Assembly (NCBI GenBank): GCA_964187785.1 | Contig: OZ076409.1 | Location: 68,946,001 to 69,010,000, forward strand | Reading direction: 5' to 3' | DNA from: Amphiscolops sp. MND2022 | Taxonomy: Eukaryota | Length of the DNA: 64,000 nt | Shown here: one piece after another, positions 14,601-26,078 of the stretch | Layout: every line of letters starts with the position of its first letter | Numbering within the stretch: position 1 is the first letter of the stretch | Program-made: the position numbers and the translations under genes | Notes under the pieces: generated by a model | Seen by the model: only the letters and a program-made list of their open reading frames with translations | Database searches by the model: none | What the model was told of the DNA's origin: nothing

Positions 14601-17600
14601 TGGCCTTCGGTGGTTCATGTGTGCGTGCTCATCAGTGGAGAAAACTTTCATTTAAATTTCCAAGCTACAATTTTTAGCTGCAAACCACGACACCTAAATT
14701 GTTGAATCCACAATATTTTTATGAGATACTTTAATGAACCGGTAGCTTTTGGAGATACTTAAATGCACCGCGTAACTTGAAGCCGCTATTCAGGCATTGT
14801 TGAATTCAACAATTTAGCAACAACCAAAATACTAAAATTTGGCGAAGTTGACAACCAATTGGAAGCGATTTGAAACAAAGACAACTCAATTCAATAAATA
14901 GATGCGAAGTGTAGATTTGAAGTCAATCTTGAGAAAAGTAGCAAACTTTCGGAAGCTAATCAAAAGTTTAGTCAACTAAATCCTAATTTCGATGAAATGA
15001 GAATCACGTCAATTATTGGACAATGAGAACGAAAGTAGCTGTAGTCGTTCCAAAATGGCGTAATCGTCACAGTTCAGGTTCACTGTCTCGCATGCCACTG
15101 AAATTGGACATTCTCAGTCATTTATTAATTCAAATTTGAATTCAATTCATTTCAAGTGCATCGTATTCTTTCATTTTCATTAAGACTAGACATAAAATCA
15201 GACTGATAAATAATTATTGCAATATTATTCATACTGAAAAATAAGTTATTTTTACGGCGTTCGGTTCTAAAAAAATTATTGCAAATTTCGCAAAAATTTT
15301 TAAATATTAAAATATTGTTTCGAAGATTGAACTCAACTTCAATTTAAACTTATCATGAATCAACAATTTTACGTGACAAAACTTTATCAACAGTTTCTGG
15401 GCTACAAAGATTTCGATTTTTTTTTCGAAAAATTTTACAAATGCACTGGAGTAAGAATTTGCCGATTGTCATGCCAGCATGATGGAAATGTAATCTACTA
15501 AATATCTGTAATGTAAATATTATGTCTTATGTACTTAGATATGGGCAATATGATGTCATATAATAAGGGCCATGGTTGTGAGCAACCCTACGTTACTTGT
15601 ACTTTAATCCCTTCCCCCTTTGAGAAAAATTTTGCGACTTCTCGGTGTGCTGACGACGCTAAATCACAGTTTATTTGTTAAAGTTTAGGTTTAATAGTTA
15701 AAGTACCATTTCGGGAATCTTGATGCACATCCATGTCCTCTCCCAATCCCTCCCGATTCTTGAGCAACCACAAGACAGTCCGGGCGCGGACTGTGACACT
15801 CATAATCAGTGTTCATGATAACTAAGTCAAAGCTAAAAAATATAAATGAAAATGCTGATCGGATCGGTTTCAGTTGATTCATTGACTCATTTCATTAGTC
15901 GGGAAAATTCAGCACAATAAGACTTACTGATCCAAAGAACGTTTCAATCTAAATGAAGCAGTCTATAAAAATTAGGAATGCCAGTAATCGATTAAGTCTA
16001 TGAAAACTCTCAAGAAAAAGACTGAAACATATTGTATAAATTTGTTGGCCCCAAAACTGGGAAACGCAAACAGCCAAACAATTTCAAAAAGATGCGACAG
16101 ATTTTTACAACTTTAATTTTTAACACGAAATCTTGAGAAAATAGAGCACTTAAGATTCTTTCTATGCATGCTTGAAAACATGGCGACTTTTATTTGCAAC
16201 CCTTTTCAGAAGAACCAATGCTTCAGAAATTATTTGAATTGACATTTTTCAAAGCATATGCTATCCACGAAAACACAAAACATCGCTGAGAAGTAGATGA
16301 TTAGTTCTCCTGGAAGAATGCAAAAAATCTCCAGCAGAGAAAAGGGTTAATGCAGGATCAAGTGATAGCACAGAAGTAACAAGTTCTGAAAATGGAACAG
16401 AATGAAAACAGCTACGAAACCTATATATAGGTTTCGTAGCTGTTTTCATTCTGTTCCATTTTCAGAACTTGTTAATGAAATATATTAACATTTCATTTTG
16501 GTCATGGCCTGTTTTGTTGCTTCGAATCCAGAGGTAACACCTTGAACTGAAAAAGTTTCTTCTATCGCACAGAACTGGAAACCTCGAAGGGAGAAGTGTT
16601 TGTTTTCTTTTGAACCATGCCGAGATCAAAGCCAATTTTCGCCATTTGTTGTACCAGCATACAACAAAGACCATCATTCGTCGAATACGTTTTCACTGGT
16701 GGCCTTCGGTGGTTCATGTGTGCGTGCTCATCAGTGGAGAAAACTTTCATTTAAATTTCCAAGCTACAATTTTTAGCTGCAAACCACGACACCTAAATTG
16801 TTGAATCCACAATATTTTTATGAGATACTTTAATGAACCGGTAGCTTTTGGAGATACTTAAATGCACCGCGTAACTTGAAGCCGCTATTCAGGCATTGTT
16901 GAATTCAACAATTTAGCAACAACAAAAATACTAAAATTTGGCGAAGTTGACAACCAATTGGAAGCGATTTGAAACAAAGACAACTCAATTCAATAAATAG
17001 ATGCGAAGTGTAGATTTGAAGTCAATCTTGAGAAAAGTAGCAAACTTTCGGAAGCTAATCAAAAGTTTAGTCAACTAAATCCTAATTTCGATGAAATGAG
17101 AATCACGTCAATTATTGGACAATGAGAACGAAAGTAGCTGTAGTCGTTCAAAAATGGCGTAATCGTCACAGTTCAGGTTCACTGTCTCGCATGCCACTGA
17201 AATTGGATATTCTCAGTCATTTATTAATTCAAATTTGAATTCAATTCATTTCAAGTGCATCGTATTCTTTCATTTTCATTAAGACTAGACATAAAATCAG
17301 ACTGATAAATAATTATTGCAATATTATTCATACTGAAAAATAAGTTATTTTTACGGCGTTCGGTTCTAAAAAAATTATTGCAAATTTCGCAAAAATTTTT
17401 AAATATTAAAATATTGTTTCGATGATTGAACTCAACTTCAATTTAAACTTATCATGAATCAACAATTTTACGTGACAAAACTTTATCAACAGTTTCTGGG
17501 CTACAAAGATTTCGATTTTTTTTTCGAAAAATTTTACAAATGCACTGGAGTAAGAATTTGCCGATTGTCATGCCAGCATGATGGAAATGTAATCTACTAA

Positions 17601-17723
17601 ATATCTGTAATGTAAATATTATATCTTATGTACTTAGATATGGGCAATATGATGTCATATAATAAGGGCCATGGTTGTGAGCAACCCTACGTTACTTGTA
17701 CTTTAATCCCTTCCCCCTTTGAG
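11427..17723. repeat. Tandem triplication of a ~2.1-kb unit (11427-13524, 13525-15624, 15625-17723)
   Basis: Three near-identical copies differing by scattered SNPs and 1-bp indels. Each runs from the outer end of LTR-C to the first 158 bp of LTR-A. Confidence 0.97.
12177..12278. repeat. Perfect 102-bp palindrome (also in units 2 and 3, near 14275 and 16375)
   Basis: agtaacaagttctg...gaaacctata|tataggtttc...cagaacttgttact; 51-bp arms, no spacer. Confidence 0.95.
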
Positions 17724-19807
17724 TGTGAGTTATATATATTTACTTAATACTGAGCGCTCTAGTTCCGGTGTCCGCATAAATGATCTTGCCAGAATCTGGC
17801 CTTGAAAGTGCTATATTCCATAAACATTGGTTTGTCACGACAAGGGAGAGAAGTTTTCCGGTCAGACTGGACCGAGGAATATTGGAAGTAATAGAAAGTA
17901 TAACGTCTACTAACTCCCTGCCTCAGAGTATGTAGTTGTGACAAATTCCATTTAATTCATCACAATTTCATCGTCGAATTTGGTGACGATTTTGACCTGA
18001 TCAGAAATGTCAATTGGATCCATCAGCGGATTCAACGGTGCTTTTAACCAAATTTCATCGCAACCCCATCCTTAAAGTTTGCGAGTGAACAAAACATGGG
18101 ACTTTAAACTGACTTTCATCATAAATCCATCAACGGATTTTATGGGACTTATTCTAGTAAAACTCATCTTTAATTCATCGTGATTATTTCATTTAGTAAT
18201 TCCTGAATGTGCTTCTCATTTCTAAGGAACAGTAGTTCATCCTTTATTCATCACGTTCACTAGTACAGAAGGGAAATGAGAAAGTACATCCTTAATTCAT
18301 CCTAAAAAAGAGTAAAAAAGCTGGTTATCTGAATTGTTTAGTAAACCCATCCTTAATTCATCTTGATTCCGTTTGTGCTGAAAATAGACCATCTTAGCGG
18401 ATGAGTTCATCCTAAACTCATCGCTAGATTGAATTGGCTTAGTATTCGGTGTTTTAACTGGTGAGTTCATCCTAAACTCATCGCCAATTTGTATTGCTTT
18501 GGTATTTGCTGTTTTAATTGACAAGTTCATCCTAAACTCATCACCAAAATTCTCCTGTACTAGAATTAGCGTTTATCGACTGAATTCATCCCGAATTCAT
18601 CGTCATTTGAATCTGTGCTGGAAATTGGCAAGTTATACATGGAGTTCATCCTTTTGTCATCGTCAGTTTGAATTGTGTTGATTTCCGAGCGAGAAAGACT
18701 ACCATTCATCGCATTTTCATCCAGAGCTAAACTAGACTTGGAAATCAGCAAATATTCTTACAGGTTCATCGCATTTCCATCTTCAAGTTTTAAATCATTG
18801 ATTTTGGCGCTAGAATCAGCGGAAAACATCGTTTTCCCATCCCAAAGTGTGCTTTACCTTAAATTTGCTTGAAATTAGTGCGTTATTGAATGATTTGAGT
18901 CCATTTTAGTTGCTATAGAAACCATGATGTTATGTGCAGGCAATTGCGACATTGTAAATTGATGACTAAACACCATTAACACATGTAAATGTACCATGGT
19001 GCGTGGCCACTTTGCGGCAGTTCACAACACTGGTCACGTGACTTACCATTTTAACACCAGCTGGTAACAGCTAATGAGAGAAGGTTGGTAAGAGATTTAG
19101 CGTCTTACCAACCGAAAAGACACGTGAACTGCTGTAATTTGGTCCGCCATTAAATATTACTCAGCCCGAATTGCGACAAGCTACCGACCAGTTGGATATT
19201 TTAACACGCGAAAGTCACAAAACATCTCTATTTCATCTTCAGAAATTAAAGAGCTTAAACTGAGTAATTTCTTGGTACATCTACGACTGCGATAAAAATT
19301 GGATGAACTTCTCCTGAATAACTTGCTAGTTTTCCTTCTCCTTATCTAACTGCTTACTTATTTGTACAACTTTTTCTAAAACATCTCAGTTCAGATTAGT
19401 GAATTTGAGATCGAATATTCAGTTAAATCAGCAAAATACATTGAAACAATATCTCAGATAATCCAGTCTTCACTCATAATTCTTTTCTCTCGATTACATG
19501 AACCCAGATCAAGGTACCGAACTTAGAAGCGGTAGAGTCATACATTCCTCGTCAGGAACATCCTCTCCAATAGATCCAGACATGGCCCAGTCGTCCGCCA
19601 ATGACTCTGACAACAATGAAACTTCAGATATCTCGTCCCAGTTGTCTGAAATAAGAGAGAACTATGAAAAGAAGATAAATGAGTTGCAAAGCGAATTTAG
19701 TCAACTGAAGAACTTATTAATGGCAGTTATTAGTAAAAATGACGAAAATAACTTACCTTCGACATCGCAAAGTTCTTCAAAGCCGACCCACAGAGTGGGG
19801 TTATACA
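17566..19807 (+). repeat. 5' LTR of element A (2242 bp)
   Basis: Starts TGTCATG after the TSD, ends TTATACA before the TGG PBS; matches 34617-36860. Confidence 0.95.
17958..18841 (+). promoter_or_regulatory. Phased array of CATC-N7-CATC motifs in LTR-A (15 copies)
   Basis: Motif starts 17958, 18056, 18117, 18165, 18238, 18287, 18348, 18408, 18468, 18528, 18587, 18647, 18707, 18767, 18827; ~60-bp period from 18287; regulatory role is inferred. Confidence 0.8.
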
Positions 19808-20982
19808 TGGTGACAGGAGTTACAGAAACCCGCTCCACCCGCCCGACATCCAGCTTCACAAACTTCAGGCGATACCAGGAAGACGACTCGGACGAAGAAG
19901 GTGAATCAACTCCTAGAAGCAATGAGGAACGACTACTCAATGCAATCGAGACGATCCCCCAACGAATCAAAAGCACCACCACCAACACGAAACTACTACA
20001 GACACACGTCCCAAATTTCAGAGGCCAAAAAGACAAATTCGTGGAATTCGAGCACCTTCTCCTCAACCACCTTAGCCCGCTCGCCAACAAAATCACCGAA
20101 GAGAACAAACTCCACTTCTTTCAAAGCCTTTTGAGAGATGATGCAATAGAGTACTGGCAATCCATCCAGATAACGCCACTAACAACGCTGAAAGATGTGC
20201 TCGACCTCTTCAGGAAAGAATTCGCGAAAGAGGACCTTAAAGAAGTAGCTCGATACAAATGGGATCAAGCCCGTTACGATCCCACCACAAAAACATTCAG
20301 CGACTTCCTCAAAAACTTGAAAAAGATTGCGAAACAAGCATTTGGGGAAGAAGCGGATAAAATCATCAAAATGTTCTTGTTCGGTAAACTCCCAGTCGAA
20401 ATACAACAAGAACTTACGATGGCCAATAAGGAGGAGAGCTCACCAGAAGAAATCAAGACATACTTGATGAGAAAGTACCAGTACCAACAGTACGTTGCGC
20501 CACCAACGGCAATTCAACCATTTAACGCGGTCACCTCCTCGGTCGCAACGACCAACACAACGATTAAACCAGCAACAACGACGACAACGCAACCGACAGA
20601 ACGAAAACGATTTGAGGGACAATGCTTCTACTGCGTAAAAACAGGTCACCGCAAAACGGAATGTCGCGCCCGACAACGTGACGAAGCAAACGGCATTAAG
20701 AAAGAAGATGCAATTCCGATGAAGAAAGCAACTGACCCAGACAAACCGAAGTACAATCCCAAGCTGGTTTGCCAGATTTGTGGATACACCGGCCACTCTG
20801 CAAGAGATTGCAGACGACGCATTCCCAAGGAAAGCAGCTCTGCATATGGAAAGATTCCATACACAACGAATTCACAGGACGACAACAAGGCTAGACGACA
20901 AGATTTAAAACGACAGCAAAAGCCGATGAATCCAATGCAAGCAATTACTGAGGACGACGAACAACTAAGCTACTCTGATTAA
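19498..20982 (+). CDS. gag: Gag of element A (starts inside the 5' LTR; two zinc knuckles)
   Basis: 494-aa ORF; CFYCVKTGHRKTEC and CQICGYTGHSARDC; capsid-like region homologous to the Gag of B. Confidence 0.92.
   Translation: MNPDQGTELRSGRVIHSSSGTSSPIDPDMAQSSANDSDNNETSDISSQLSEIRENYEKKINELQSEFSQLKNLLMAVISKNDENNLPSTSQSSSKPTHRVGLYMVTGVTETRSTRPTSSFTNFRRYQEDDSDEEGESTPRSNEERLLNAIETIPQRIKSTTTNTKLLQTHVPNFRGQKDKFVEFEHLLLNHLSPLANKITEENKLHFFQSLLRDDAIEYWQSIQITPLTTLKDVLDLFRKEFAKEDLKEVARYKWDQARYDPTTKTFSDFLKNLKKIAKQAFGEEADKIIKMFLFGKLPVEIQQELTMANKEESSPEEIKTYLMRKYQYQQYVAPPTAIQPFNAVTSSVATTNTTIKPATTTTTQPTERKRFEGQCFYCVKTGHRKTECRARQRDEANGIKKEDAIPMKKATDPDKPKYNPKLVCQICGYTGHSARDCRRRIPKESSSAYGKIPYTTNSQDDNKARRQDLKRQQKPMNPMQAITEDDEQLSYSD
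19808..19821 (+). other. Primer binding site of element A
   Basis: TGGTGACAGGAGTT directly after the LTR-terminal CA; the same TGGTGACAG is in element C; resembles tRNA-Leu-type PBS (TGGTGTCAGGAGT), tRNA identity not verified. Confidence 0.8.
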
Positions 20983-20999
20983 GACATTAACCAGGGTTT

Positions 21000-23900
21000 T
21001 TGATTCAGCCACGATTTCCGCCCGCTAGAAATACAACGCGCGACAAACGACTTTCGACTCAACCGACTACACACAACCGTCCAATGAAGAAATGGCAGCC
21101 TTCACTGGACAAACGACCAAAAGCTGACGACGTCTATCAGCGAAGACTTTCCAACGATGAAAAAGCGATGGGAAATGCACGTCAACGCAACGGCAGCCGC
21201 TTTTCTTCACTCGCTGAAATCAACGATGAACAAACGATGAACTGGCACCAAAACACCATGAGGCAGGTGGACGATGCCAAAGAGATGGACACCAACCATC
21301 TAAACGACGTTTCGACTTCATACTCAACAATTGACAAACGGCTTAGTATTAAAAAACATGCAAAATATAGTAGTATTAACATTTCAAAAGCTAACAAACA
21401 TGCAACTAAAACAGAAATTCACGTTCTTAGTCCCACTTTACATTTAAACAAGAAAGATAAAATGCTGTACGTCCCTCTTCAGTTTGATAAATACGAAAAC
21501 CATGCACTGTTAGACACAGGCGCAATTCAAAGCGCAATGTCTGAAGCAGAATTGCGAAAAATAACAACGGCTCATCCAGAAGCCATCCTTCAAGAACTCC
21601 CCCTCCGAATTTCAAAATTCAAATAGCAAACGGGAACTTAGTCCCAGTGCGTAAGCAAGTCTTACTTAGATTTTACGTTGCTGGAAAAGTCTTTGAAGAA
21701 ACGTTCCTAATCCTTCCAACAATGGGCACAATTTTAATTGGAATGTCATTCTTTGAAAAGTACTCAGTCAACTTAGACATAAAAAACCACCTTGTCCACT
21801 TCCCTAATCACATGATGTCCATGCAAGTTAGACAGCAAAAGAACAACAGATTCAAAACTGGTTTAATTGATTTGTGTTCCAGTACTAGAACAGTGATCCC
21901 TCCTCTCCATCAAGTGATGATACAGGTCCACAGTGACGCGGACATCTCACTTACAACTGGTACAGTTGAGGGCTCACCTGGATTCATGCGAAAGACGTGT
22001 TTGCTTGTTTCCCCAGCTTTGGTTGACCTAGACGAGGGCAAGACGACAATCCAGGTCACCAACCCCAACAACCACACGTTCACACTTGATGCCAACACCA
22101 CTCTGGCACACTTTCGCATACCGACACCACATCAGGCGGCAAACATCACACCCATGCCAGTCGAACACTTGAACCTGATCACCAAGTACCCAGATGAGTC
22201 GGAAGCAGTGATCAACCAACTGTTCGTGAACCCTGAAGTGAAGTCAACTAAGTGGTACCCAACTCCCGAGACGTGCAGTGAGCCAGACAAACTCAACGCA
22301 ATTGAGCGACGAATCTATGATGAGATTCTGGCACTGCGAGAGCTCGAGAAGCTTGACCCGTCCCAATCCGATGAACAACGGATGAACTTCATGAAGAACT
22401 TCAACTGGGACGACTCGCTTCTTACTCCGTCTCAACGGTTACAGGTAGAGGAGTTGCTGGTAAAGTACAACTCCATTTTTGCTAGACATCGTTTTGATAT
22501 TGGCATGAACACTGATTTTAAAGTTAAGCTAACACCCCAACATGAAGAACCTGTTTATTCACAAAGTCTCCCTACTCCGACAAATTTGAAGGACGATTTG
22601 CTCGTGGAGTTACCTTTAATGCAAGAGTACGGGATCATAACTACTTTGCCTCATAGCAAATACTCATCTCCGATATTTGCTCAACGTAATCCTAATGGTA
22701 AATTGAGGATTTTAGTTGACTTGAGAAGAATAAACCACTTGATCAAAAATGATTACGGTGAACACAACCATCCCGTAACAACAATTGCTGACGCTGCCCA
22801 ACACATGGCCGGGAAAAAGTATTTCTGTAAACTTGATTGTTCCCAGGCCTACCATTGCATTCCAATGGCCGATGAGCAGTCTGTCCAACTGTTATCGTTT
22901 AATTTTGGTTCTAGAACTTTTGCCTTTTTACGTCTAGCCCAAGGTCTTAACCGTTCTTTGTCAGCATTCACAAGTGTAGTCCGTGAGTATTTGGACCCCT
23001 TGGTCAAAGCGGACCTGTGCTCAATATGTTGATGACATTGGAATTGCAGCACACACCCCTGACGAACTGATTAATAACCTTGAACTTGTTTTTCAGCAGA
23101 TGAACAAAACCGGTCTCAAACTTAGCATGAGTAAATGTGAATTTGGACAAAAGCAAATTGAGTACTTGGGAAAAACCATTTCTAGCACCGGTATTGCTCC
23201 CATTGAGAAACGAGTAACTGACTATCTGACCAAATTGAAACCCCCAACTCAGTGAAAGCGTTGCAACGTTATCTTGGTTTTGTAAACTTTTACAGGTCTT
23301 ATATTCCCCGCCTAGCTGATAAAACTTGTTGTTTACAGGAGTTGATCAAGAAGGACGTCCCTTTCAAACTGAATCAACAACATAAAGATGCTATTTTTGA
23401 AATCAATGAAAGTTTGTTAAAAGCAACAAAAGTGTCCCTGAAATTGCCATTACCTGATAAACAATTGGTAATCATGTGTGACGCCAGCGAACACGCTGCC
23501 GGCTATGTTTTGTTAATTGAGGATTATGCTGACCCGTCAGTCAAACAAACATACGCCCCTGTTGCATTTGGCTCTAAGAAATTTCAGGGCGGCCAGATGT
23601 CTCTAACAATGTATGCCAAAGAGTTTTTAGCTATGCACTTTGCCTTCGATGAATTTGGCCACATTTTGTGGGGTGCGAAAAAACCCATCATTGTTATGAC
23701 TGACAATAAGGCCTTGACTAGATTTTTTCAGGCGAAGCATATCCCGCCTTCACTTTGGAATTTTTGCGATCAAACCCTTCAGTTCAATTTTTTATTAGCA
23801 CATGTTCCAGGAGTTGAAAATCCCGCAGCCGATTACTTATCTCGGCTTGAGATTAGACCTGAAGACCGTGTACATTTAAAATTGACTGATACTATTCCAA

Positions 23901-26078
23901 TTCACAGAATCGAGATCGACATCGCCTCCCGTACACCAAAACAGGAGGAAGACGAGCCTGATTACTTTCCCACGAGCGAACCGCTCAGATGCAAACGCCA
24001 GAAGGATGTCAAAGAGATGAAATTGGCAACTGGCACTGACGTGGCTCATGACGATGGGAAAGGGATGAAGTTCACCAACTGTGAGAGAACAGCGGCCTCA
24101 GATGACTTCGCGACTGACAACCATCTGACGTACCGCCTCACAGACGTGGACGAGCCGATTCAACTCTCGCAATTCATCCGTAAAGTATCACTATCACACC
24201 CGGTAATGAGTCAGGTTAGCCCCGCTGAGGGGATCGATCTAATTCAGGTCCAGAAAAATAACTGGGTTATTCAAAAAATGATTAGATTTTTAGAAGGTAC
24301 TGAAATTTTGCAACACCCAGTTAATATGCAAGATCAGTTTTTTCAAAATTGCACAAAAATCGAAAACGCCTACAAGTTGTAAACGGTGTCTTGTACAGAC
24401 AGTTTTTTGATCACACGGGACTGGAGTCTCACAAGCAGTTAGTTGTTCCTGAAGACTGTATTTTGAAAATAATTAGGACTCTACATAACAGCCCGGTACA
24501 AGGACACCCTGGTTTAAAGAAAATGTTGTACGAACTTCGTAAAAGATATTACTCTCCTAACTTAGCCTGTAAAGTTCAAAAAGTCCTTGACGGATGTGAA
24601 AACTGAATGAAATCTAAAAGTGTAAGAGAAACGCAACTACGTCCACCGTTACAAAAAATCTACGACCCGTGCGACGGACCAGAAGACCTGTTGGAAATAG
24701 ACATCGTTGGTCCACTCCCGGCGTCGAACGGTTTTACGCACATTCTGACGCCTGTTGATGTTTTTTCACGCTACTTGTTCGCCGTTCCGCTGAAGAGACC
24801 TGATACACATTCCGTAGTCAGAGGATTACTGTCGATCTTCACGAAACACGCATATGTGCCCAAGCACATTCTGACGGACAAGGGCACGGCGTTTACGGCT
24901 GAACTTCTGTCTGAAATCGCGAGAGCGGCTGATATTCACATCTCCCATGCCACGATAAAGCACGCACAGACAATAGGCATGGTGGAGAGAACGCACGCGA
25001 AATTGAAAAAGATCCTTAAAATTAGTGTAAACGCAGACCGACCACAATGGGACCGCTATGTCGACATAGCAATCATGGCCCATAACACAACGTATCACGA
25101 TTCACTGAAATGTTCACCAACTGAAATTTTCCACGGAAGAACACCATACAACCCACTAGATCTGCAATTCCGAAACGCAAACAAACCGGCTGAAACAAAG
25201 TGCAAGGACGTGAACGAAAGTGCAAGGACGTGAACGAGACTATCTAGATAACATCATTTCCGCCTATCATAAGTACAAAACGTACTATGATAGAAAAGCA
25301 CGAGCACAGCCACTGAAGGTGAACGAATTTGTGTTCCTACTAAATCCTAAGTACGACTCTCAGAGAAGCAAAGAAGAGTTTAAAACTTTCCATTGGAAAG
25401 GACCGTACAAGGTGATGAAAGTGCTATCCGAAGCAACTACATCATCCGCAAAGTAGGCACACACCAAACTCAGTGCGTACATCGCATGCGACTGAGATTG
25501 TTTAAACCGGAATTTCCGATTGATGACATCAACGTGTCCAAACATCTCTACCCAGACACTGAAAGGGTTGAAGACACGGACATTTTCGACTCGAATATTC
25601 CGACGACCGACGAAGTAGATCAGAATGAGAATGACAATCTAGATCAAGACTTAGTCGAAGAAGAGCCTTCAGAAGAAATAATTCCACAGATACAAGAACG
25701 ACACAGTCCACAAGTAATTCCACCAGAAATAACCACGAGAATAGAATATCAGCAAGTAGAAACTGACCACAACAACTTTAAACCACCTACAGTTAGATTT
25801 GGAACGCAAGAGGAAATTATTCTACCGCCCCCCCCCGCGATGAGAGTAGGATAAGAGTACCTCTGAGAGACGAACAACACGAAAATCAGTCACAACAGAC
25901 AAACACGCAAACTGAAGATGAGGAAAGGATGAGTTCTAGACCGTCTAGAAACAATCAGAGTAGGTACAAGTTACGCGAGAACCCTACACCGAAAAAATAT
26001 GCTGACTTCCTTATTCATGAGATTACATCAGCCAGAAACTCTCTGAGAAAGACCAACAAAGTAAACGTAACGAGTTAG
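21000..26078 (+). pseudogene. pol: pol of element A (PR, RT, RNase H, IN), disrupted
   Basis: LLDTGA protease; QYVDDIG RT; MCDASEHAAG and VMTDNKAL RNase H; integrase H..GHPG, DIVGPLP, TDKGTAF, GMVERTH; several frameshifts and a stop at 24604. Confidence 0.95.

Noticed and set aside
11493..16804. Repeated 62-88-aa ORFs in the tandem units
   Set aside because: No recognisable motifs; they recur only because the DNA is triplicated, and indels change them between copies
18287..18841. CRISPR-like appearance (regular 60-bp period with variable spacers)
   Set aside because: Only 8 bases are fixed per unit, it lies inside a eukaryotic LTR and there are no cas genes; treated as a motif array
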